Below, in pieces: positions 12,835 to 23,408 of a stretch of DNA of 64,000 nt. The notes beneath the pieces are model-generated. The model worked only from the letters and a program-made list of their open reading frames with translations. It was not told where the DNA came from and ran no database searches. This DNA is from Massalongia carnosa (taxonomy: Eukaryota). The translations under genes were made by a program, and so were the position numbers. Within the stretch, counting starts at the first letter, position 1, and each line of letters starts with the position of its first letter. The stretch is taken from positions 1,302,001-1,366,000 of the forward strand of contig OZ287070.1 in the NCBI GenBank assembly GCA_965645245.1, in the 5' to 3' direction.

Positions 12835-13751
12835 TACGCCGCGCAACGGGTTTGGGTCGGGTTGGACTCCCTCGAACCCGACTTGACGGGTTCGGGTTAT
12901 TTATGCGGGGTTCCGGGTTAAACCGTTCAACCCGGTCGGTTTTTTCTGCAAATAAAATATGAAAATTCGACAAAAATATAACGTTTAAACTGATAAAATT
13001 TCTGCTTACTAATCGTCATTTCTTGGCTAATTTTTTGCCTCAGTACCTCAGACGTGCGTGGCTCTATAAGCCGGCTAAGCCCCTCCGGGTTAGCCTATTT
13101 CGCTAATTCCCTTCGGGTTAGCGTCGCTGCTGACTAACATCAGTGCGATAGCACGTCTGAGCGCAAAACTCAAACTTACGGCCAGATCCGCGTAATAAAA
13201 ATTTTAGTAGTGCAATCTTTCCTTTTATCGATTTAATACAATGATTAGGGTCGTATTAGTTTACCAGAGACTGTATTTTATACCAAAAACGCACTTATCA
13301 AGATGGATGACTCGATAATCATGTGTTATAACCACTATCAGGCTATTAAAGCGATATGAGAGTCGATTAGGTGATAAATTGCTCGCTTTCGCTCAATTTT
13401 GAGGTAGATGAACTGATTATTTTCATGTAGCGCGATTACATTGAGTTACAAAGATCATGATAATATGAATAATGACGGCCAATTAATGATATTGTATGAT
13501 TTATCTAGATTGAAGCTATCTGACGAAAGCCATGCTCTTGTCGGGGGCCCCTCCTCGCCACTTACCGACCTTCGGACAAGTCCCTTGACTCCCGCCGGTG
13601 CGCTCAAGCGGCCCCACCCATCGCCGACAGGTAGTAATGATAGCTCACCCTCTTCCTCCTCCCCTCCTCCTCCCCTCCTGCCTTACCTGAAAAAAATAGA
13701 GGCGCGAAACGCCAACTCCGGCGCATATCAGATTACGACAAGCTGGTTGAG

Positions 13752-15885
13752 ATGCTTAAATTTCTGAGCTCTCTAAATTGGTCGGTAAAAGATTTTTTAT
13801 CAACACTTTCTAAGAATCGAGCCCGTCATAGTATGCGAAAGGCGCAAGGCCAGCTCTTCGATTTTGTCTATGTCGATATTGTGCGGCAAGAAGAGTTTTC
13901 AAGGCTTATTAGGCCTGGTAGAATATCCACTATCCTTCGCGAGAGTGGATGGGTTTGGGCCGCGGATGCGCTTCGTGAAGAAATCAAAGCTTTAGCAGAT
14001 CACGCAGCCTTTGGCTCTTTCCAGCCGCCCTCTGCGACAGTCGAGTTTGGGACCTTGGAGGCTATTAAACTTGCTGTATCTGCCGCCTCGCAGTTGGCGC
14101 CACGATGGCTTGAGCTAATTGATGGTGTTTGTCGCGAGGCTCGCCCGCAGGAACCTCTCGATGTGACGTTGGATTCTCCCAGCGGCCGGCACACCATTAT
14201 ATTAGCAATGCTTTGTCACAAATTGTGACCTAATAAGGCGACTAATATTCAGTCCGTCTTAGGCCTTTATATTTATCAAGGTTGGGCGAGGCGGCGGGTT
14301 CTAGATACACTCTGTCATTTTGACCTGACGATTTCATATACTACCCTGCAGCGGGGCATGTTATCCTTGATTAAGGAGGCCGAACGAATGGTTCAGATGC
14401 TAGGACAAGGCTCAAACATGATCTTGACATACGATAACTTTGACTTCGCAGAAGGTAAACGAGGAGAGCACACGGGGGATAATAGAGACGTCAGATCAAT
14501 TACTACCGCTCTAATTTTCCAGGGGCAAGGATTCGATGCCGGCGCTTTAAGGCAGGATATGTGGCGCCCCGCCACGCATCTTTTATCAGCTGAAAGAATC
14601 GCGCGAAAGCTGGAGACTGGTAATCTCGAGATGCAGGTGAGTTCAATACAGGACGAGATGTATATACCGCGCTTAACCGCTAATGCACCGCGCACCTAGA
14701 TTCGTCTTTATCATCTAGAGTCAGCGATTCGAGCGCTTTATGGCCCAGAGATCGGCGACGTTCAACTTCCCTGGTCGACTGCAATGCCCGTGCTGAATAA
14801 GATGAAAAAATACAAGACCAATTACATTCCTATCAAACCAGTCATGAAGGATAGAGCACAACATCTAATAATATTCAAATATTGGAGGATATATTTCTGC
14901 AACAGTTCAAGTTCAAGGAGGATGACTCGACGTTTGCGAGCGTCATTCGGCTTATATATGGTGACCTCAAGACATAGTCGAGAATGCAATTTGTCAAGGA
15001 ATTACGTCGTGGGATATCGGAGCAATCTTTCGATCGGTTCGACTGGATTTTACCGGGATTAGGGTTGTGGCATCTTCGCTTTAACATGCTGCAGCTTATT
15101 CATAAAATATATTGGGGAGAGGCCCAGCCGGTTGATCCTTCGACTCATCAATATGCCGCCGATCGGTGGGGTCGCGCTCGTGTCGTGCAGCCGAACGATT
15201 TCCAGGCCTTAGAGGATCTGATCATTCAGAGCAATCAAGCTAGAATCGTTGGGACGAGGATTAGGTTTTTGCGAAAGGAGGATTTTCTCCGCAGCGAATC
15301 GAAGCAATTATTTCGTGGCTCACAGCGCAGACTTGCGGGCAGGATGGCAGTTGGATGAATATGTTGGGCAGGATATCTCGCAAACTTCAAGCGGAATTAC
15401 CCTCAACGTCAATAGATATGCTTCCTCCAACGCTTGATCAACAATTTCAGAATCATCAGAACTTCTGTGATCACGTCGAATCGTATCTAACACTTCGATA
15501 CGCAATCCAATATGCGGATATTGGATTACTTCGTCACGCATTGCGCCACACAACAGTGATCTTTCAGGCAAGCGTAGCTGGCACCCCGAAATATGCTCAA
15601 GCTCTTCTATACACCCTTTATGCGATTGATTCTTCCGCAGCGACAATAAGGCTACAGGAAAGTATTTTAATGAATAGTCTTGTCAATTTACGCGGTGACG
15701 AAGAGTCGAGTTTTGAGACTGATCGGCTTTTAGAGATACTAAACAATAACCTCAAGACGTTCCAACACGAGCGATCTTATTTTTCAAAGTATAGTGATAC
15801 CTTGCTCGAGAACTGGGCACTCAACGGTCCATATCTTATGAAGCTCAAAGAAATCGTTGAGTTTTACTTTGGAAGAGTCAATACT
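13752..15885 (+). pseudogene. Academ-type (DUF6589-like) DDE transposase, frameshifted and 3'-interrupted
   Basis: Motifs LTYDNFDF, IYGDLKT, PGLGLWHLRFN, AIQYADIG, KYAQ, SLVN...ETDRLLEILN across several frames; intron 14637-14699 (GTGAGT...GCTAAT...TAG). Start position uncertain. Confidence 0.7.
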
Positions 15886-16465
15886 TCAAAACCGGAGCCC
15901 GAAGAGGGAGAATATCCGGAAGTTTCACAATATCAAGTCTCTATTCAAGCACAGCCAGCAGGTGGAATTGCTTACCCCATTATAGAAGGTGGAGTAGTAA
16001 TAGCTACCAAATCGGCTGAGAAATACGGCGATTTATCGGCTGAGCAAAAGGAGGACTATAAAATGGAGATATCAGCCTATAAGATGAAGGAAAAACAGGT
16101 GGAGAAGGTCGCCCAAGGACTCAGAATAGTGGAAAATGCACTAAAGAGCTCCGCACGAGCATACATCCCCCCCAATAAGATAGCTTCATCGGTTAGGGAA
16201 AAAGTGAAAATTCTGGTGCAAGATATAAGCGGTCAGATGACCAAGTCATAGAGCAATTGCATGAGCAATTTCTAGCCCTAAAAACCCCGCCCATTAAAGG
16301 TAAAATAGAGGTATAGATAGCTGATTGGGAGAATATTAAGGGACAAATTTTTGAGCTCAATATAACGGGCCTATTTTGCTCCGAGACCATATTCATCAAT
16401 GAATTTCTCCAATCAGGGAAGAAATAGGCGCCCAATTTCTGTGAAAACTGGGTCATGCAGCATAG

Positions 16466-16955
16466 TGTTATGGAATTACCTCACACCCTCCCACGTTTCC
16501 TGATCGGGTTAGTCTTTAACAGGCTCTCTTGCCGTGAAACCTGCCCTGCATGTTGAATAGAACCGTGGCCCGTTATTCCAAACTATCCTGAAACCTCGCC
16601 CCATGTGTTCAGACGTTCTTCCGCTGCCTTCAGTGCACTCCCAAACTCCTATATCCCGAGTCCAATCTCAACGTCTCCATTATCCAAGCCTACGACTGGG
16701 ATTGCCCAGCAGAGAGAGATTGCTTCGGCATGGAGAAAGGCGGAACAGGTCAAAGCGATCATGGTTAGGAAATTATAACAGGAACAGAGATGAGGGCAAG
16801 TCAAGAATAGGGGAGTTGGAAGCCATGGCTATAAAACCTATGTGGTTTCTCAGGTGTTTGGAGCTCTTCGTCGGACGTCTTGTATACTATCCCTAGACCT
16901 AGCTTTCTAAATAGTAACTCTTGTATATCTCACTATCTGGACCTTGTCCGTGATA
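16466..16955 (+). mobile_element. Solo LTR related to the chromovirus LTRs at 35979/44764, inserted in Copia gag
   Basis: TGTTA...TGATA ends, TSD CATAG on both sides; shared blocks such as CCTGATCGGGTTAGT and GCCATGGCTATAAA. Confidence 0.85.
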
Positions 16956-18189
16956 CATAGGGCTGCTAAGACGACGGTTGAATTTTACGAGACAACCAGG
17001 GAATATCGTTTAGCCGTGGAATTATTCCTGAATGAGGCAAAAGCAGCGTCTAGAAATCAAGTTAATGCAGCTTCGCTGCAGGGGCAAATGCAAGACGAAA
17101 ATAAAGGTCCGGGGTCTAGCCAATCAAGTCAATAGAATGGCCAATCAAAAGAGGCCAGATTTAATGATAGAAAGTGCGTATGTGGGAAAATACACCTGTT
17201 TAGGCTATGCCATATATCGTCAAATCAGCTCGCCCCCCTGCATAGAAGGAAGATAAAACCGTACGCAATGAAATGCGTCAGAAAATTCAGTCAAACATTC
17301 GGTTTTTCATGGGCATTAAGAAGGTCACCGAAACTACTATACTAGATGGAATAACTGAGGAGTTAGTCAAAAAGAGCTCCCAAAAAGCAGAGAATGATTA
17401 AAATAATCAGGGCAATCATATTGAATTGCCTGGTCAATCCTTCTCGGTTGCGAACGTTACATCTAGGGCAAATAACCCCTTGCATAAAAGCGTCATATTT
17501 GACTCCGGATGCGATAACTCTCTGACCTATGATAAATCACGGTTTATAGGAGAAATAACCCCAACTTCGTCAGACATGTGGGTGGACACCCCCGAAGGGG
17601 AGATGAAAATCCATGGTCATGGCACAATAAGGGTAAATGGCCTATTAAATGGCCAGAAAAGAGAGCTATTATTTGAAGGAACAGCTTATATTCCTGATTC
17701 ATCAGTGACGTTTGTTTCGGCCAATAAGTTGAAAAACGAGGATTTTTCTGGGATATGTTTACTGATACCCTTATAGTTAAGGAGACAGGGCAACAAATAT
17801 GTGAAATAAAGGAGCACTATGGGCTATCAATCGTAGAATATAACCTGAATCCATAGATATAGGGTTTGCTAACTCGGTGCAGCCACGTGATACGTCAAAA
17901 GCAACTCCATAGAAGTGGCATCTTCGGCTCGGTCATTGCCCGCCAGAAGTGATTGACCAGTTAAAGAAGATCGATGAGGTAACAGTTTCAAAAGGCGTAG
18001 GGGGTAAAAACGTACCTAGGACCATACAATGCGAAACGTGTGCAGTCTCCAAAATGCATAGAGTCATCAATAAAGCTCCGTCAGGGCGTGCCATCAAGCC
18101 ATATCTAGTACTTCATTTTGACCTAACCATCAATGATAAGGGGTTCGATGGAACGAGCTGTATAGCTCATTTTACGGACGAATTTACCT

Positions 18190-18440
18190 TGTCACGATTC
18201 TACACGGCACGACCTCGGCACTCGGCACCGCCTAGGGCAATCGTAGATGGAATACGCAGGCGCTTTCGATTTCGTTCCCGCAGCTGCTAGAAGGTTCCAT
18301 GACGACTATACCACATGGGTACTAGCGCAGTAGAGGATATATAGGGGCAGGTTCTGGTTGTCGATTGTCTTTTTCCTTCTTCATCTTGATTGTATTCGTT
18401 TCTAGCATCCCTATGACTTGTCTCTAGGTAGATCATAATA
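18190..18440. mobile_element. Solo LTR (251 bp) in Copia integrase
   Basis: TGTCACG...CATAATA ends, TSD TACCT; removing it rejoins the integrase frame. Confidence 0.8.
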
Positions 18441-19666
18441 TACCTCATATGTATGGGTTTATCTATTGAATGATCATAAGGAAAAGACTATATTGCCAAT
18501 CTTCAAAATCTTGATCAATCAATTCGATAGGGCTGGCATTTCTATTAATTCAATAGTAACCACGATTCGCACGGGGCAAGAAAAATCAATAGGAAAAGCC
18601 CTAGAAGTATGGATCAGTCAGCAAGATATAGAATGGTCATGGTCAGCAAAGAATACCCCTGAGCAAAATGGCGTTTCGGAGCGTTTCGGAGCCCTATTAA
18701 CTGAAAAAGCTCGATGCATCAGGGAATATGCAAAAATACCAGAAGATCTGTATCCGGAGTGCTATTTAGCTGCAGCCTATCTGATGAATCGAACCCCCAA
18801 TAAAGTTCTGGAATGGGACTCCCCATTGGTCAAATTGCAGAAACTGACCAATCCGGGTCAATCAGTCAGATACGAGCTGGCTCATCTAAAAGTGTTTGGT
18901 TGCAAGGCCTATCAATTGCTAAAAGGGGCCGATGCTTCTCCCAAAAGCAATAAGTTGAAACCTAGGGCATTTGTTAGCTATTTGGTTGGCTATGATTCAA
19001 CTAATATCTTCAGGATATGGAATCCAGAAAAGGGAGATGTCAGCGGTTTTACAGACGTCATATTCAACGAAGATGAGCTTTATAGCGCCTATACGTCGAA
19101 TAAGGAGCTATTGCTAAAGGAGACTAGAAAAGCGAGCTTTATAGAGTTTCATGTAGTTGAACCACGCCCCGCATTTCAGGAGATAGATAGTAAGGAAGAA
19201 GAATGGCTAGACTTATCAGTCAATAAATATATAGAGCAATTGACCATAGAAGATAACTCATCTAGTCAGGACGAAATACAGGAAAAAATAACTCCCTCAT
19301 CAACGCCCATGCAACTGGAAACGCCGATAGAAACACCTGAACCAGATATCAGCCCTAATGTCTCCATAGATAAAAGAAGGGCCAAAAAGGTGAGGGTATC
19401 AACAATTGACCCTCCACAACTCCCGCAAACGGGCCGAACGCCCCTCAATGTGACGGAAATAGAGCAATCATCAGGGAAAAAAAGCGATGGGATAAATGAG
19501 ACAAACGTTATAGAAGGAACACGTACTAGGAAACCAAACCCTAGATACGCTGCAAATAGAGATTGGTCAGCAGAAGAAATGTCGAAATTCATTCAATTTC
19601 ATACAGCGTTTATGGCGGGGACGGCGAGAATGACTAATCAGCTCCGAACTGATGATTTGCCCGACC

Positions 19667-19837
19667 TGTAACGGTTCGACCAAGCGTGGTGCGGACGGCA
19701 GGACCTACTGCGAACATAGCAGGAGTCCCAGTTATAGTAGAATAGAGCTTGGTCTGCGGACTAAGTATTGTGCCTTTTGGTCGGGAAGGACAGGTGGCGC
19801 AATGGTAGAAATCTATTCACTATCTCGCTTCGTCACA
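19667..19837 (+). mobile_element. Solo LTR of the 171-bp TRIM family
   Basis: TGTAAC...GTCACA, TSD CGACC. Confidence 0.9.
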
Positions 19838-21587
19838 CGACCAACCATCTCATTGGCGAGCTCTGCTAAGGCATCCCTATGCAGATGAGTTCATGAAAGC
19901 AGCTACCGTTGAATGGAAGACACTTTTCCACAAAGAAACATGGGAAATAGTTGATCAAGCTGAGGCTATAAAGCCAATATTGCCCCTCAAATAGTTTTTC
20001 ACCTATAAGACTGATTCGGACGGCTATTTGGCAAAGTTCAAAGCACGTCTGGTGGTTAGAGGTAACCAACAGCAAGATAATGCTCAAGATGTTTATGCAG
20101 CTATACTAGCCTTCAAGGTATTTAAGGCATTAATGGCAATAGTTGCTGCATTCGGGCTGAAAACGAGGCAGTTGGACGCTATTAACGCCTTTCTAAACGC
20201 TCACAATGACGAGCCTATTTACTGCTTTTTGCATGATAGTTTTAAGCTTAGAAAGAAGGTGCTAGAAGTGAAAAAAGCGCTATATGGCCAAAGAAAATCA
20301 CCCCTTCTATGGCTACGAATGCTAATAGGCAAATGCATAGAACTATGGTTAAAACAGGTGCCAGGCGAACCATGCCTATTATATACGGAGGGAATCATAC
20401 TATTCTTCTATGTAGACGACATAGTAATGGCGTATAGGTCCGAAAAAGAAGCCAAAGTCGAGGAATATATGCAACGTTTTATGAAGATGATCGAAATACG
20501 GGACATGGGTCCATTAACCTATTTTCTAGGCGTACGGGTCATTTAGAACATAGAAGAAAAGACGATCCACTTGATTCAGGACTCCTATATAAACAAATTA
20601 GCCAAGGAATATGATATAGATAAAAAGTCGGAGGCTAAAACACCTCTAACGCCTATATTCAATGAAGAACTGGCGCCATATGAGAGGGAGGTAGATCCGG
20701 CCAGAATGCATCTATATAGGAAGAAAGTTGGATTAATATGCTACCCAGCTATTATGACTCGGCCAGATATAGCAAAATCAGCTTCAAAATTAGCTTAATA
20801 TCTGACAAACCCGGGACCTAGTAATATGAGGGCTGTAGACTATTGCCTACGTTATCTATATAGGACGAAATATCTGGGAATCTAGTACTCGGCCAAAGGG
20901 GGCGGTAAAATCACTACTATGGCAAATCATAGACCGGTCCCAGCTAATAAGCAGGTTTTTGAGGCAACGGCTGATGTATCCTATGCAAATAACCCAGATA
21001 GGAAAAGCTCCGAGGGTTATATATTCAAGCTATTTGGTGGGATGACTGACTGGGCCGCTAGGAAGCAACTGACCGTGACCACGTCAACCACTGAGGCCGA
21101 GTTATTGTCTATGCTTCATGCGGGTAAAGAGCTCATATGATGGATACATCTATTTGGAAAGCTACAATTTAACCCGGATCAAGATATAGTTATCTATAAC
21201 GATAACCTATAGATAATTCGCATTTTAACTCCGAAATGTGAAAAACTGACACTAAATTGAGGCATATAGACGTCGCACAATGCTGGCTTAGGCAATCTGT
21301 GCAAAGGGGGGAATTATGTGTTGACTATGTACCGACCAATCAGATGGTCGCAGATGGTTTAACCAAGATCCTACCTCCTCAAAAGCATCAACATTTCGTC
21401 AAGCTATTAGGGCTAGTCAATGCCATAGACCCGGTCAACAATCAGAAGAAATTGGCCAATCAGAAGAAGGGAAATACTGCCACAAATTGAATCGGCCAAA
21501 ATCACTATAAATCAAGGTAAAATATGGGAATTTGTCACCTATTATAGGTTTTTTGGTCATGGCAGCTTTGGTCAAAGCTGGGGGGTG

Positions 21588-21752
21588 TGTTAGGGGATTA
21601 GGGGTCACATGACCCGCCATGGGTCACATGACCCACGAACCCCTATGAGATTTCCCTCAGTTAGCTAGCCTAGACCTCCCATATATCAATACACACCACT
21701 CCTCTTCACCCATATTCCATATTAGCCCATATAGCTTGATACATTATCAACA
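21588..21752 (+). repeat. 3' LTR of the Copia remnant
   Basis: TGTTAG...TCAACA preceded by purine tract AAAGCTGGGGGGTG; contains a duplicated GGGTCACATGACCC palindrome. Confidence 0.75.
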
Positions 21753-22465
21753 ACGAGCGCCGCATCGGAGATATTGTGATTAGGTGCAGGATTCTCGCCC
21801 GATGGCTCCGTGCTCTCGTTTTCCTTCGAGACTTTATTCTTGACCGCATTTCGCTTTTTAAAAACCGTTCTCGACATATGTCCTTGTTTAATCATCCAGT
21901 TTTTCCTCCGTTCCTCAATTTCAAAACTGGCGGAGTTGCATGTTGGGCTGGGTAATCGTTTTCGCTTTATGTCGTTGTGTTATTTCCATTCGTCGAACAT
22001 GTCTCCCTCGTCTAATCTCATCGCTTGACCCCGCTTTAAAATTTCTAAAAGCTCGGTGCCGTAGGGCTTAATACCAGCCCATGTGTTACCAATCTATAGT
22101 CGCATGGTAGGCTCGTCCAAAGTCTGATCCGCCCAAGTGGTCAAAGAATTCAGTACCTCATCGGGCATTATCAATGATGGGAAGTATCGCATATGTAAAT
22201 TTGGGAACTTGTCCTGCGCCTTGGCCTCCCTCTATTCTCGAAGTTTAAGGGTAAACCAAGGCCGCCTAGACGAGTCACGCTCGGCCGTTCTATTTAACAT
22301 CTCATTGGCGGCTGTTGATGTCTTAAAACTTAGATCGCAAATTGAACAGCAAGGTTGCGGCTTAACATAGGCCGACGTTGGATACACTTTATCATTGAAG
22401 AAATTCAAGCTAATACCTCGAACGCAACCATCTGAAGGTATATTGATTATCTCCTAAAGACCCGG

Positions 22466-22797
22466 TGTAAAGGGATAAACTGGGTGGTGGCGAACGATAG
22501 AAGGATGAAACAAACAAACAAATGACCGAATCAACCGAGCCTTAGTGCATCGATGAATGAATCGTCAAGCCTATAAATGGCCGACTAGCTGTATGAATAA
22601 AAGTGTCTATGATAGCTGTATATGTTGATAGCAGTATGATCCGAAGATGGATATCCCGAAAGATGAGAAGGAAAGTTCGAGAAAAAGACTCTTATAACCG
22701 GAACGCCAAGACGCCAGCACCCGACCACATGACCAATCACCTGACTAATCACTTGACTTGCCACCGTCCCGGTGGAGTTCAACTCCACCCTTCCACA
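22466..22797. mobile_element. Solo LTR (332 bp) with 4-bp TSD
   Basis: TGTAAAGGG...CCCTTCCACA, TSD CCGG; removal rejoins helicase ADRRRDMPPGL*EIIN. Confidence 0.8.
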
Positions 22798-22893
22798 CCG
22801 GTGGCATATCTCGTCGCCGATCAGCATCCTTTTGATTGATGCAGCGTTTACTGGCCTTGGATTCAATCTCGATTCCCGCGTCATCAGATCCGT

Positions 22894-23408
22894 TGTCAGG
22901 GCAGAGAAGGAATAAGGCCTAAGCTAACTAAGCGGGGCTTAGTTCTACGGCTAGGCTTAGTCATATGGAAAGCAGTTGGTCTGCGTTACGCGGCTGGTAT
23001 CTACTGCCGAGAGTATAGTACGAGCGATCGAGATATACGAGGATGCTCGTACGATTAGTAAGCGGATAGTACGATACAGTCAGCACAGTGTCCACGATAC
23101 AGTCAGCACAGTGTCTACGATACAGTCAGCACAGTGTCCACGATGCAGTCAGCAGAGTATTTAGCCGGCTTATCCGGTAGGAGTAATGGGCGGTCAAGAT
23201 ATTTACAGTATCAAGGGCCCAGAGGGTCAAGGGCTTCGGTCCGGGTATATAAGGAGGCTGCTCGAGGGAGGTGCAATCTTCAACGATTAGTCTTCCGCTT
23301 TACCTACATACTTCTTTTAGTATATTAGTATAGCAAATCATTAGTGACTTCACATTGTCATATATCCCTAGGCCTGGTGTCTGATAATCGCCAGGTCTGA
23401 CTCTTATA
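22894..23408 (+). mobile_element. Solo LTR (515 bp) with internal minisatellite
   Basis: TGTCAG...CTTATA, TSD TCCGT, TATATAA box. Confidence 0.75.
23071..23158. repeat. 23-bp tandem repeat ACGATACAGTCAGCACAGTGTCC, 3 full copies plus 1 partial
   Basis: Read directly; lies inside the solo LTR. Confidence 0.9.

Larger units (their letters stand above)
15886..21752 (+). mobile_element. Ty1/Copia LTR retrotransposon remnant (5' LTR lost), gag-PR-INT-RT-RH with stops
   Basis: Domain order PR (IFDSGC), WHLRLGH..CETC, INT (TPEQNGVSER, LKVFGC), RT (FKARLVVRG, LYGQRKSP, FYVDD), RH (STTEAE, HIDV, QMVADGLTK); PPT before the 3' LTR. Left boundary approximate. Confidence 0.9.

Noticed and set aside
23071..23158. 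23-bp direct repeats as a CRISPR array
   Set aside because: Head-to-tail with no spacers, inside an LTR, in a eukaryotic genome.
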